From Balanoglossus misakiensis (lineage: Eukaryota > Animalia > Hemichordata), in contig CM082587.2 of the NCBI GenBank assembly GCA_040954595.2, positions 11,990,053 through 12,054,052 on the forward strand: a DNA stretch of 64,000 bases. Reading direction: 5' to 3'. The translations under genes and the position numbers were made by a program. The notes under the pieces are model-generated. The model had not been told where the DNA came from, did not search any database, and worked only from the letters and a program-made list of their open reading frames with translations. Below, piece after piece: positions 47,179-62,100 of this stretch (position 1 is the stretch's first letter; each line of letters opens with the position of its first letter).

Positions 47179-50100
47179 ATATTTTCTGTAAAATAGACAT
47201 TTAATTGGCAAGCCGTCCTGCATCAATTATTAATTGTGTACATGCACTAAAGCGCCCTCACTGCTGGGTGTGTTGTATGGTCTTTAACCCTGTTTCAAAT
47301 TAGAGTACTTTCTGCAATTTCAAGACAGATCTTACGTGCCATTGGAGAGCTCCATTGACTGGTCATTCATACTGTTTTCATTCATTCATTGCGGCATCAA
47401 TATATTTTATGTATTCTAGCCAAAGAGCTTGGCACCTGTTGAAATGAACTCATCTGCTGTGGGCCAGTTTATTGGTGGCAGTTGAGCTGAGGAGAGCACC
47501 TTCCTTCCCGGCACGCCACCAAGTAAAGTTCCACGCCGCCCACCACAGATGCCAGCATTCATTCATGCGAGTGAGTGTAATTGCAAATTTGCCTATTCTA
47601 GATCTGTAATGGAAATGGAGAAAGTACCTTATATTTTCTGTAAAATAGACATTTAATTGGCAAGCCGTCCTGCATCAATTATTAATTGTGTACATGCACT
47701 AAAGCGCCCTCACTGCTGGGTGTGTTGTATGGTCTTTAACCCTGTTTCAAATTAGAGTACTTTCTGCAATTTCAAGACAGATCTTACGTGCCATTGGAGA
47801 GCTCCATTGACTGGTCATTCATACTGTTTTCATTCATTCATTGCGGCATCAATATATTTTATCTATTCTAGCCAAAGAGCTTGGCACCTGTTGAAATGAA
47901 CTCATCTGCTGTGGGCCAGTTTATTGGTGGCAGTTGAGCTGAGGAGAGCACCTTCCTTCCCGGCACGCCACCAAGTAAAGTTCCACGCCGCCCACCACAG
48001 ATGCCAGCATTCATTCATGCGAGTGAGTGTAATTGCAAATTTGCCTATTCTAGAATTACGTGCCATTGGAGAGCTCCATTGACTGGTCATTCATACTGTT
48101 TTCATTCATTCATTGCGGCATCAATATATTTTATCTATTCTAGCCAAAGAGCTTGGCACCTGTTGAAATGAACTCATCTGCTGTGGGCCAGTTTATTGGT
48201 GGCAGTTGAGCTGAGGAGAGCACCTTCCTTCCCGGCACGCCACCAAGTAAAGTTCCACGCCGCCCACCACAGATGCCAGCATTCATTCATGCGAGTGAGT
48301 GTAATTGCAAATTTGCCTATTCTAGATCTGTAATGGAAATGGAGAAAGTACCTTATATTTTCTGTAAAATAGACATTTAATTGGCAAGCCGTCCTGCATC
48401 AATTATTAATTGTGTACATGCACTAAAGCGCCCTCACTGCTGGGTGTGTTGTATGGTCTTTAACCCTGTTTCAAATTAGAGTACTTTCTGCAATTTCAAG
48501 ACAGATCTTACGTGCCATTGGAGAGCTCCATTGACTGGTCATTCATACTGTTTTCATTCATTCATTGCGGCATCAATATATTTTATCTATTCTAGCCAAA
48601 GAGCTTGGCACCTGTTGAAATGAACTCATCTGCTGTGGGCCAGTTTATTGGTGGCAGTTGAGCTGAGGAGAGCACCTTCCTTCCCGGGACGCCACCAAGT
48701 AAAGTTCCACGCCGCCCACCACAGATGCCAGCATTCATTCATGCGAGTGAGTGTAATTGCAAATTTGCCTATTCTAGATTCTTACGTGCCATTGGAGAGC
48801 TCCATTGACTGGTCATTCATACTGTTTTCATTCATTCATTGCGGCATCAATATATTTTATCTATTCTAGCCAAAGAGCTTGGCACCTGTTGAAATGAACT
48901 CATCTGCTGTGGGCCAGTTTATTGGTGGCAGTTGAGCTGAGGAGAGCACCTTCCTTCCCGGCACGCCACCAAGTAAAGTTCCACGCCGCCCACCACAGAT
49001 GCCAGCATTCATTCATGCGAGTGAGTGTAATTGCAAATTTGCCTATTCTAGATCTGTAATGGAAATGGAGAAAGTACCTTATATTTTCTGTAAAATAGAC
49101 ATTTAATTGGCAAGCCGTCCTGCATCAATTATTAATTGTGTACATGCACTAAAGCGCCCTCACTGCTGGGTGTGTTGTATGGTCTTTAACCCTGTTTCAA
49201 ATTAGAGTACTTTCTGCAATTTCAAGACAGATCTTACGTGCCATTGGAGAGCTCCATTGACTGGTCATTCATACTGTTTTCATTCATTCATTGCGGCATC
49301 AATATATTTTATCTATTCTAGCCAAAGAGCTTGGCACCTGTTGAAATGAACTCATCTGCTGTGGGCCAGTTTATTGGTGGCAGTTGAGCTGAGGAGAGCA
49401 CCTTCCTTCCCGGCACGCCACCAAGTAAAGTTCCACGCCGCCCACCACAGATGCCAGCATTCATTCATGCGAGTGAGTGTAATTGCAAATTTGCCTATTC
49501 TAGAATTACGTGCCATTGGAGAGCTCCATTGACTGGTCATTCATACTGTTTTCATTCATTCATTGCGGCATCAATATATTTTATCTATTCTAGCCAAAGA
49601 GCTTGGCACCTGTTGAAATGAACTCATCTGCTGTGGGCCAGTTTATTGGTGGCAGTTGAGCTGAGGAGAGCACCTTCCTTCCCGGCACGCCACCAAGTAA
49701 AGTTCCACGCCGCCCACCACAGATGCCAGCATTCATTCATGCGAGTGAGTGTAATTGCAAATTTGCCTATTCTAGATCTGTAATGGAAATGGAGAAAGTA
49801 CCTTATATTTTCTGTAAAATAGACATTTAATTGGCAAGCCGTCCTGCATCAATTATGAATTGTGTACATGCACTAAAGCGCCCTCACTGCTGGGTGTGTT
49901 GTATGGTCTTTAACCCTGTTTCAAATTAGAGTACTTTCTGCAATTTCAAGACAGATCTTACGTGCCATTGGAGAGCTCCATTGACTGGTCATTCATACTG
50001 TTTTCATTCATTCATTGCGGCATCAATATATTTTATCTATTCTAGCCAAAGAGCTTGGCACCTGTTGAAATGAACTCATCTGCTGTGGGCCAGTTTATTG

Positions 50101-53100
50101 GTGGCAGTTGAGCTGAGGAGAGCACCTTCCTTCCCGGCACGCCACCAAGTAAAGTTCCACGCCGCCCACCACAGATGCCAGCATTCATTCATGCGAGTGA
50201 GTGTAATTGCAAATTTGCCTATTCTAGATCTGTAATGGAAATGGAGAAAGTACCTTATATTTTCTGTAAAATAGACATTTAATTGGCAAGCCGTCCTGCA
50301 TCAATTATTAATTGTGTACATGCACTAAAGCGCCCTCACTGCTGGGTGTGTTGTATGGTCTTTAACCCTGTTTCAAATTAGAGTACTTTCTGCAATTTCA
50401 AGACAGATCTTACGTGCCATTGGAGAGCTCCATTGACTGGTCATTCATACTGTTTTCATTCATTCATTGCGGCATCAATATATTTTATCTATTCTAGCCA
50501 AAGAGCTTGGCACCTGTTGAAATGAACTCATCTGCTGTGGGCCAGTTTATTGGTGGCAGTTGAGCTGAGAAGAGCACCTTCCTTCCCGGCACGCCACCAA
50601 GTAAAGTTCCACGCCGCCCACCACAGATGCCAGCATTCATTCATGCGAGTGAGTGTAATTGCAAATTTGCCTATTCTAGATCTGTAATGGAAATGGAGAA
50701 AGTACCTTATATTTTCTGTAAAATAGACATTTAATTGGCAAGCCGTCCTGCATCAATTATGAATTGTGTACATGCACTAAAGCGCCCTCACTGCTGGGTG
50801 TGTTGTATGGTCTTTAACCCTGTTTCAAATTAGAGTACTTTCTGCAATTTCAAGACAGATCTTACGTGCCATTGGAGAGCTCCATTGACTGGTCATTCAT
50901 ACTGTTTTCATTCATTCATTGCGGCATCAATATATTTTATCTATTCTAGCCAAAGAGCTTGGCACCTGTTGAAATGAACTCATCTGCTGTGGGCCAGTTT
51001 ATTGGTGGCAGTTGAGCTGAGGAGAGCACCTTCCTTCCCGGCACGCCACCAAGTAAAGTTCCACGCCGCCCACCACAGATGCCAGCATTCATTCATGCGA
51101 GTGAGTGTAATTGCAAATTTGCCTATTCTAGATCTGTAATGGAAATGGAGAAAGTACCTTATATTTTCTGTAAAATAGACATTTAATTGGCAAGCCGTCC
51201 TGCATCAATTATGAATTGTGTACATGCACTAAAGCGCCCTCACTGCTGGGTGTGTTGTATGGTCTTTAACCCTGTTTCAAATTAGAGTACTTTCTGCAAT
51301 TTCAAGACAGATCTTACGTGCCATTGGAGAGCTCCATTGACTGGTCATTCATACTGTTTTCATTCATTCATTGCGGCATCAATATATTTTATCTATTCTA
51401 GCCAAAGAGCTTGGCACCTGTTGAAATGAACTCATCTGCTGTGGGCCAGTTTATTGGTGGCAGTTGAGCTGAGGAGAGCACCTTCCTTCCCGGCACGCCA
51501 CCAAGTAAAGTTCCACGCCGCCCACCACAGATGCCAGCATTCATTCATGCGAGTGAGTGTAATTGCAAATTTGCCTATTCTAGATCTGTAATGGAAATGG
51601 AGAAAGTACCTTATATTTTCTGTAAAATAGACATTTAATTGGCAAGCCGTCCTGCATCAATTATGAATTGTGTACATGCACTAAAGCGCCCTCACTGCTG
51701 GGTGTGTTGTATGGTCTTTAACCCTGTTTCAAATTAGAGTACTTTCTGCAATTTCAAGACAGATCTTACGTGCCATTGGAGAGCTCCATTGACTGGTCAT
51801 TCATACTGTTTTCATTCATTCATTGCGGCATCAATATATTTTATCTATTCTAGCCAAAGAGCTTGGCACCTGTTGAAATGAACTCATCTGCTGTGGGCCA
51901 GTTTATTGGTGGCAGTTGAGCTGAGGAGAGCACCTTCCTTCCCGGCACGCCACCAAGTAAAGTTCCACGCCGCCCACCACAGATGCCAGCATTCATTCAT
52001 GCGAGTGAGTGTAATTGCAAATTTGCCTATTCTAGATCTGTAATGGAAATGGAGAAAGTACCTTATATTTTCTGTAAAATAGACATTTAATTGGCAAGCC
52101 GTCCTGCATCAATTATGAATTGTGTACATGCACTAAAGCGCCCTCACTGCTGGGTGTGTTGTATGGTCTTTAACCCTGTTTCAAATTAGAGTACTTTCTG
52201 CAATTTCAAGACAGATCTTACGTGCCATTGGAGAGCTCCATTGACTGGTCATTCATACTGTTTTCATTCATTCATTGCGGCATCAATATATTTTATCTAT
52301 TCTAGCCAAAGAGCTTGGCACCTGTTGAAATGAACTCATCTGCTGTGGGCCAGTTTATTGGTGGCAGTTGAGCTGAGAAGAGCACCTTCCTTCCCGGCAC
52401 GCCACCAAGTAAAGTTCCACGCCGCCCACCACAGATGCCAGCATTCATTCATGCGAGTGAGTGTAATTGCAAATTTGCCTATTCTAGAATCTTACGTGCC
52501 ATTGGAGAGCTCCATTGACTGGTCATTCATACTGTTTTCATTCATTCATTGCGGCATCAATATATTTTATCTATTCTAGCCAAAGAGCTTGGCACCTGTT
52601 GAAATGAACTCATCTGCTGTGGGCCAGTTTATTGGTGGCAGTTGAGCTGAGGAGAGCACCTTCCTTCCCGGGACGCCACCAAGTAAAGTTCCACGCCGCC
52701 CACCACAGATGCCAGCATTCATTCATGCGAGTGAGTGTAATTGCAAATTTGCCTATTCTAGATTCTTACGTGCCATTGGAGAGCTCCATTGACTGGTCAT
52801 TCATACTGTTTTCATTCATTCATTGCGGCATCAATATATTTTATCTATTCTAGCCAAAGAGCTTGGCACCTGTTGAAATGAACTCATCTGCTGTGGGCCA
52901 GTTTATTGGTGGCAGTTGAGCTGAGGAGAGCACCTTCCTTCCCGGCACGCCACCAAGTAAAGTTCCACGCCGCCCACCACAGATGCCAGCATTCATTCAT
53001 GCGAGTGAGTGTAATTGCAAATTTGCCTATTCTAGATCTGTAATGGAAATGGAGAAAGTACCTTATATTTTCTGTAAAATAGACATTTAATTGGCAAGCC

Positions 53101-56100
53101 GTCCTGCATCAATTATGAATTGTGTACATGCACTAAAGCGCCCTCACTGCTGGGTGTGTTGTATGGTCTTTAACCCTGTTTCAAATTAGAGTACTTTCTG
53201 CAATTTCAAGACAGATCTTACGTGCCATTGGAGAGCTCCATTGACTGGTCATTCATACTGTTTTCATTCATTCATTGCGGCATCAATATATTTTATCTAT
53301 TCTAGCCAAAGAGCTTGGCACCTGTTGAAATGAACTCATCTGCTGTGGGCCAGTTTATTGGTGGCAGTTGAGCTGAGGAGAGCACCTTCCTTCCCGGCAC
53401 GCCACCAAGTAAAGTTCCACGCCGCCCACCACAGATGCCAGCATTCATTCATGCGAGTGAGTGTAATTGCAAATTTGCCTATTCTAGATCTGTAATGGAA
53501 ATGGAGAAAGTACCTTATATTTTCTGTAAAATAGACATTTAATTGGCAAGCCGTCCTGCATCAATTATGAATTGTGTACATGCACTAAAGCGCCCTCACT
53601 GCTGGGTGTGTTGTATGGTCTTTAACCCTGTTTCAAATTAGAGTACTTTCTGCAATTTCAAGACAGATCTTACGTGCCATTGGAGAGCTCCATTGACTGG
53701 TCATTCATACTGTTTTCATTCATTCATTGCGGCATCAATATATTTTATGTATTCTAGCCAAAGAGCTTGGCACCTGTTGAAATGAACTCATCTGCTGTGG
53801 GCCAGTTTATTGGTGGCAGTTGAGCTGAGGAGAGCACCTTCCTTCCCGGCACGCCACCAAGTAAAGTTCCACGCCGCCCACCACAGATGCCAGCATTCAT
53901 TCATGCGAGTGAGTGTAATTGCAAATTTGCCTATTCTAGATCTGTAATGGAAATGGAGAAAGTACCTTATATTTTCTGTAAAATAGACATTTAATTGGCA
54001 AGCCGTCCTGCATCAATTATTAATTGTGTACATGCACTAAAGCGCCCTCACTGCTGGGTGTGTTGTATGGTCTTTAACCCTGTTTCAAATTAGAGTACTT
54101 TCTGCAATTTCAAGACAGATCTTACGTGCCATTGGAGAGCTCCATTGACTGGTCATTCATACTGTTTTCATTCATTCATTGCGGCATCAATATATTTTAT
54201 CTATTCTAGCCAAAGAGCTTGGCACCTGTTGAAATGAACTCATCTGCTGTGGGCCAGTTTATTGGTGGCAGTTGAGTTGAGGAGAGCACCTTCCTTCCCG
54301 GCACGCCACCAAGTAAAGTTCCACGCCGCCCACCACAGATGCCAGCATTCATTCATGCGAGTGAGTGTAATTGCAAATTTGCCTATTCTAGAATTCTTAC
54401 GTGCCATTGGAGAGCTCCATTGACTGGTCATTCATACTGTTTTCATTCATTCATTGCGGCATCAATATATTTTATGTATTCTAGCCAAAGAGCTTGGCAC
54501 CTGTTGAAATGAACTCATCTGCTGTGGGCCAGTTTATTGGTGGCAGTTGAGCTGAGGAGAGCACCTTCCTTCCCGGCACGCCACCAAGTAAAGTTCCACG
54601 CCGCCCACCACAGATGCCAGCATTCATTCATGCGAGTGAGTGTAATTGCAAATTTGCCTATTCTAGATCTGTAATGGAAATGGAGAAAGTACCTTATATT
54701 TTCTGTAAAATAGACATTTAATTGGCAAGCCGTCCTGCATCAATTATGAATTGTGTACATGCACTAAAGCGCCCTCACTGCTGGGTGTGTTGTATGGTCT
54801 TTAACCCTGTTTCAAATTAGAGTACTTTCTGCAATTTCAAGACAGATCTTACGTGCCATTGGAGAGCTCCATTGACTGGTCATTCATACTGTTTTCATTC
54901 ATTCATTGTGGCATCAATATATTTTATCTATTCTAGCCAAAGAGCTTGGCACCTGTTGAAATGAACTCATCTGCTGTGGGCCAGTTTATTGGTGGCAGTT
55001 GAGCTGAGGAGAGCACCTTCCTTCCCGGCACGCCACCAAGTAAAGTTCCACGCCGCCCACCACAGATGCCAGCATTCATTCATGCGAGTGAGTGTAATTG
55101 CAAATTTGCCTATTCTAGAATTACGTGCCATTGGAGAGCTCCATTGACTGGTCATTCATACTGTTTTCATTCATTCATTGCGGCATCAATATATTTTATC
55201 TATTCTAGCCAAAGAGCTTGGCACCTGTTGAAATGAACTCATCTGCTGTGGGCCAGTTTATTGGTGGCAGTTGAGCTGAGGAGAGCACCTTCCTTCCCGG
55301 CACGCCACCAAGTAAAGTTCCACGCCGCCCACCACAGATGCCAGCATTCATTCATGCGAGTGAGTGTAATTGCAAATTTGCCTATTCTAGATCTGTAATG
55401 GAAATGGAGAAAGTACCTTATATTTTCTGTAAAATAGACATTTAATTGGCAAGCCGTCCTGCATCAATTATTAATTGTGTACATGCACTAAAGCGCCCTC
55501 ACTGCTGGGTGTGTTGTATGGTCTTTAACCCTGTTTCAAATTAGAGTACTTTCTGCAATTTCAAGACAGATCTTACGTGCCATTGGAGAGCTCCATTGAC
55601 TGGTCATTCATACTGTTTTCATTCATTCATTGCGGCATCAATATATTTTATCTATTCTAGCCAAAGAGCTTGGCACCTGTTGAAATGAACTCATCTGCTG
55701 TGGGCCAGTTTATTGGTGGCAGTTGAGCTGAGAAGAGCACCTTCCTTCCCGGCACGCCACCAAGTAAAGTTCCACGCCGCCCACCACAGATGCCAGCATT
55801 CATTCATGCGAGTGAGTGTAATTGCAAATTTGCCTATTCTAGATCTGTAATGGAAATGGAGAAAGTACCTTATATTTTCTGTAAAATAGACATTTAATTG
55901 GCAAGCCGTCCTGCATCAATTATGAATTGTGTACATGCACTAAAGCGCCCTCACTGCTGGGTGTGTTGTATGGTCTTTAACCCTGTTTCAAATTAGAGTA
56001 CTTTCTGCAATTTCAAGACAGATCTTACGTGCCATTGGAGAGCTCCATTGACTGGTCATTCATACTGTTTTCATTCATTCATTGCGGCATCAATATATTT

Positions 56101-59100
56101 TATCTATTCTAGCCAAAGAGCTTGGCACCTGTTGAAATGAACTCATCTGCTGTGGGCCAGTTTATTGGTGGCAGTTGAGCTGAGGAGAGCACCTTCCTTC
56201 CCGGCACGCCACCAAGTAAAGTTCCACGCCGCCCACCACAGATGCCAGCATTCATTCATGCGAGTGAGTGTAATTGCAAATTTGCCTATTCTAGATCTGT
56301 AATGGAAATGGAGAAAGTACCTTATATTTTCTGTAAAATAGACATTTAATTGGCAAGCCGTCCTGCATCAATTATGAATTGTGTACATGCACTAAAGCGC
56401 CCTCACTGCTGGGTGTGTTGTATGGTCTTTAACCCTGTTTCAAATTAGAGTACTTTCTGCAATTTCAAGACAGATCTTACGTGCCATTGGAGAGCTCCAT
56501 TGACTGGTCATTCATACTGTTTTCATTCATTCATTGCGGCATCAATATATTTTATCTATTCTAGCCAAAGAGCTTGGCACCTGTTGAAATGAACTCATCT
56601 GCTGTGGGCCAGTTTATTGGTGGCAGTTGAGCTGAGGAGAGCACCTTCCTTCCCGGCACGCCACCAAGTAAAGTTCCACGCCGCCCACCACAGATGCCAG
56701 CATTCATTCATGCGAGTGAGTGTAATTGCAAATTTGCCTATTCTAGATCTGTAATGGAAATGGAGAAAGTACCTTATATTTTCTGTAAAATAGACATTTA
56801 ATTGGCAAGCCGTCCTGCATCAATTATGAATTGTGTACATGCACTAAAGCGCCCTCACTGCTGGGTGTGTTGTATGGTCTTTAACCCTGTTTCAAATTAG
56901 AGTACTTTCTGCAATTTCAAGACAGATCTTACGTGCCATTGGAGAGCTCCATTGACTGGTCATTCATACTGTTTTCATTCATTCATTGCGGCATCAATAT
57001 ATTTTATGTATTCTAGCCAAAGAGCTTGGCACCTGTTGAAATGAACTCATCTGCTGTGGGCCAGTTTATTGGTGGCAGTTGAGCTGAGGAGAGCACCTTC
57101 CTTCCCGGCACGCCACCAAGTAAAGTTCCACGCCGCCCACCACAGATGCCAGCATTCATTCATGCGAGTGAGTGTAATTGCAAATTTGCCTATTCTAGAT
57201 CTGTAATGGAAATGGAGAAAGTACCTTATATTTTCTGTAAAATAGACATTTAATTGGCAAGCCGTCCTGCATCAATTATTAATTGTGTACATGCACTAAA
57301 GCGCCCTCACTGCTGGGTGTGTTGTATGGTCTTTAACCCTGTTTCAAATTAGAGTACTTTCTGCAATTTCAAGACAGATCTTACGTGCCATTGGAGAGCT
57401 CCATTGACTGGTCATTCATACTGTTTTCATTCATTCATTGCGGCATCAATATATTTTATCTATTCTAGCCAAAGAGCTTGGCACCTGTTGAAATGAACTC
57501 ATCTGCTGTGGGCCAGTTTATTGGTGGCAGTTGAGCTGAGGAGAGCACCTTCCTTCCCGGCACGCCACCAAGTAAAGTTCCACGCCGCCCACCACAGATG
57601 CCAGCATTCATTCATGCGAGTGAGTGTAATTGCAAATTTGCCTATTCTAGAATTACGTGCCATTGGAGAGCTCCATTGACTGGTCATTCATACTGTTTTC
57701 ATTCATTCATTGCGGCATCAATATATTTTATCTATTCTAGCCAAAGAGCTTGGCACCTGTTGAAATGAACTCATCTGCTGTGGGCCAGTTTATTGGTGGC
57801 AGTTGAGCTGAGGAGAGCACCTTCCTTCCCGGCACGCCACCAAGTAAAGTTCCACGCCGCCCACCACAGATGCCAGCATTCATTCATGCGAGTGAGTGTA
57901 ATTGCAAATTTGCCTATTCTAGATCTGTAATGGAAATGGAGAAAGTACCTTATATTTTCTGTAAAATAGACATTTAATTGGCAAGCCGTCCTGCATCAAT
58001 TATGAATTGTGTACATGCACTAAAGCGCCCTCACTGCTGGGTGTGTTGTATGGTCTTTAACCCTGTTTCAAATTAGAGTACTTTCTGCAATTTCAAGACA
58101 GATCTTACGTGCCATTGGAGAGCTCCATTGACTGGTCATTCATACTGTTTTCATTCATTCATTGCGGCATCAATATATTTTATCTATTCTAGCCAAAGAG
58201 CTTGGCACCTGTTGAAATGAACTCATCTGCTGTGGGCCAGTTTATTGGTGGCAGTTGAGCTGAGGAGAGCACCTTCCTTCCCGGCACGCCACCAAGTAAA
58301 GTTCCACGCCGCCCACCACAGATGCCAGCATTCATTCATGCGAGTGAGTGTAATTGCAAATTTGCCTATTCTAGAATCTTACGTGCCATTGGAGAGCTCC
58401 ATTGACTGGTCATTCATACTGTTTTCATTCATTCATTGCGGCATCAATATATTTTATCTATTCTAGCCAAAGAGCTTGGCACCTGTTGAAATGAACTCAT
58501 CTGCTGTGGGCCAGTTTATTGGTGGCAGTTGAGCTGAGGAGAGCACCTTCCTTCCCGGCACGCCACCAAGTAAAGTTCCACGCCGCCCACCACAGATGCC
58601 AGCATTCATTCATGCGAGTGAGTGTAATTGCAAATTTGCCTATTCTAGATCTGTAATGGAAATGGAGAAAGTACCTTATATTTTCTGTAAAATAGACATT
58701 TAATTGGCAAGCCGTCCTGCATCAATTATTAATTGTGTACATGCACTAAAGCGCCCTCACTGCTGGGTGTGTTGTATGGTCTTTAACCCTGTTTCAAATT
58801 AGAGTACTTTCTGCAATTTCAAGACAGATCTTACGTGCCATTGGAGAGCTCCATTGACTGGTCATTCATACTGTTTTCATTCATTCATTGCGGCATCAAT
58901 ATATTTTATCTATTCTAGCCAAAGAGCTTGGCACCTGTTGAAATGAACTCATCTGCTGTGGGCCAGTTTATTGGTGGCAGTTGAGCTGAGAAGAGCACCT
59001 TCCTTCCCGGCACGCCACCAAGTAAAGTTCCACGCCGCCCACCACAGATGCCAGCATTCATTCATGCGAGTGAGTGTAATTGCAAATTTGCCTATTCTAG

Positions 59101-62100
59101 ATCTGTAATGGAAATGGAGAAAGTACCTTATATTTTCTGTAAAATAGACATTTAATTGGCAAGCCGTCCTGCATCAATTATGAATTGTGTACATGCACTA
59201 AAGCGCCCTCACTGCTGGGTGTGTTGTATGGTCTTTAACCCTGTTTCAAATTAGAGTACTTTCTGCAATTTCAAGACAGATCTTACGTGCCATTGGAGAG
59301 CTCCATTGACTGGTCATTCATACTGTTTTCATTCATTCATTGCGGCATCAATATATTTTATCTATTCTAGCCAAAGAGCTTGGCACCTGTTGAAATGAAC
59401 TCATCTGCTGTGGGCCAGTTTATTGGTGGCAGTTGAGCTGAGGAGAGCACCTTCCTTCCCGGCACGCCACCAAGTAAAGTTCCACGCCGCCCACCACAGA
59501 TGCCAGCATTCATTCATGCGAGTGAGTGTAATTGCAAATTTGCCTATTCTAGATCTGTAATGGAAATGGAGAAAGTACCTTATATTTTCTGTAAAATAGA
59601 CATTTAATTGGCAAGCCGTCCTGCATCAATTATGAATTGTGTACATGCACTAAAGCGCCCTCACTGCTGGGTGTGTTGTATGGTCTTTAACCCTGTTTCA
59701 AATTAGAGTACTTTCTGCAATTTCAAGACAGATCTTACGTGCCATTGGAGAGCTCCATTGACTGGTCATTCATACTGTTTTCATTCATTCATTGCGGCAT
59801 CAATATATTTTATCTATTCTAGCCAAAGAGCTTGGCACCTGTTGAAATGAACTCATCTGCTGTGGGCCAGTTTATTGGTGGCAGTTGAGCTGAGGAGAGC
59901 ACCTTCCTTCCCGGCACGCCACCAAGTAAAGTTCCACGCCGCCCACCACAGATGCCAGCATTCATTCATGCGAGTGAGTGTAATTGCAAATTTGCCTATT
60001 CTAGATCTGTAATGGAAATGGAGAAAGTACCTTATATTTTCTGTAAAATAGACATTTAATTGGCAAGCCGTCCTGCATCAATTATGAATTGTGTACATGC
60101 ACTAAAGCGCCCTCACTGCTGGGTGTGTTGTATGGTCTTTAACCCTGTTTCAAATTAGAGTACTTTCTGCAATTTCAAGACAGATCTTACGTGCCATTGG
60201 AGAGCTCCATTGACTGGTCATTCATACTGTTTTCATTCATTCATTGCGGCATCAATATATTTTATCTATTCTAGCCAAAGAGCTTGGCACCTGTTGAAAT
60301 GAACTCATCTGCTGTGGGCCAGTTTATTGGTGGCAGTTGAGCTGAGAAGAGCACCTTCCTTCCCGGCACGCCACCAAGTAAAGTTCCACGCCGCCCACCA
60401 CAGATGCCAGCATTCATTCATGCGAGTGAGTGTAATTGCAAATTTGCCTATTCTAGAATCTTACGTGCCATTGGAGAGCTCCATTGACTGGTCATTCATA
60501 CTGTTTTCATTCATTCATTGCGGCATCAATATATTTTATCTATTCTAGCCAAAGAGCTTGGCACCTGTTGAAATGAACTCATCTGCTGTGGGCCAGTTTA
60601 TTGGTGGCAGTTGAGCTGAGGAGAGCACCTTCCTTCCCGGGACGCCACCAAGTAAAGTTCCACGCCGCCCACCACAGATGCCAGCATTCATTCATGCGAG
60701 TGAGTGTAATTGCAAATTTGCCTATTCTAGATTCTTACGTGCCATTGGAGAGCTCCATTGACTGGTCATTCATACTGTTTTCATTCATTCATTGCGGCAT
60801 CAATATATTTTATCTATTCTAGCCAAAGAGCTTGGCACCTGTTGAAATGAACTCATCTGCTGTGGGCCAGTTTATTGGTGGCAGTTGAGCTGAGGAGAGC
60901 ACCTTCCTTCCCGGCACGCCACCAAGTAAAGTTCCACGCCGCCCACCACAGATGCCAGCATTCATTCATGCGAGTGAGTGTAATTGCAAATTTGCCTATT
61001 CTAGATCTGTAATGGAAATGGAGAAAGTACCTTATATTTTCTGTAAAATAGACATTTAATTGGCAAGCCGTCCTGCATCAATTATTAATTGTGTACATGC
61101 ACTAAAGCGCCCTCACTGCTGGGTGTGTTGTATGGTCTTTAACCCTGTTTCAAATTAGAGTACTTTCTGCAATTTCAAGACAGATCTTACGTGCCATTGG
61201 AGAGCTCCATTGACTGGTCATTCATACTGTTTTCATTCATTCATTGCGGCATCAATATATTTTATCTATTCTAGCCAAAGAGCTTGGCACCTGTTGAAAT
61301 GAACTCATCTGCTGTGGGCCAGTTTATTGGTGGCAGTTGAGCTGAGGAGAGCACCTTCCTTCCCGGCACGCCACCAAGTAAAGTTCCACGCCGCCCACCA
61401 CAGATGCCAGCATTCATTCATGCGAGTGAGTGTAATTGCAAATTTGCCTATTCTAGATCTGTAATGGAAATGGAGAAAGTACCTTATATTTTCTGTAAAA
61501 TAGACATTTAATTGGCAAGCCGTCCTGCATCAATTATGAATTGTGTACATGCACTAAAGCGCCCTCACTGCTGGGTGTGTTGTATGGTCTTTAACCCTGT
61601 TTCAAATTAGAGTACTTTCTGCAATTTCAAGACAGATCTTACGTGCCATTGGAGAGCTCCATTGACTGGTCATTCATACTGTTTTCATTCATTCATTGCG
61701 GCATCAATATATTTTATGTATTCTAGCCAAAGAGCTTGGCACCTGTTGAAATGAACTCATCTGCTGTGGGCCAGTTTATTGGTGGCAGTTGAGCTGAGGA
61801 GAGCACCTTCCTTCCCGGCACGCCACCAAGTAAAGTTCCACGCCGCCCACCACAGATGCCAGCATTCATTCATGCGAGTGAGTGTAATTGCAAATTTGCC
61901 TATTCTAGATCTGTAATGGAAATGGAGAAAGTACCTTATATTTTCTGTAAAATAGACATTTAATTGGCAAGCCGTCCTGCATCAATTATTAATTGTGTAC
62001 ATGCACTAAAGCGCCCTCACTGCTGGGTGTGTTGTATGGTCTTTAACCCTGTTTCAAATTAGAGTACTTTCTGCAATTTCAAGACAGATCTTACGTGCCA

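Larger units (their letters stand above)
39031..47328. mobile_element. Gene cassette copy 3
   Basis: All ORF translations identical to copy 1 at offset +38557/+38559. Confidence 0.75.
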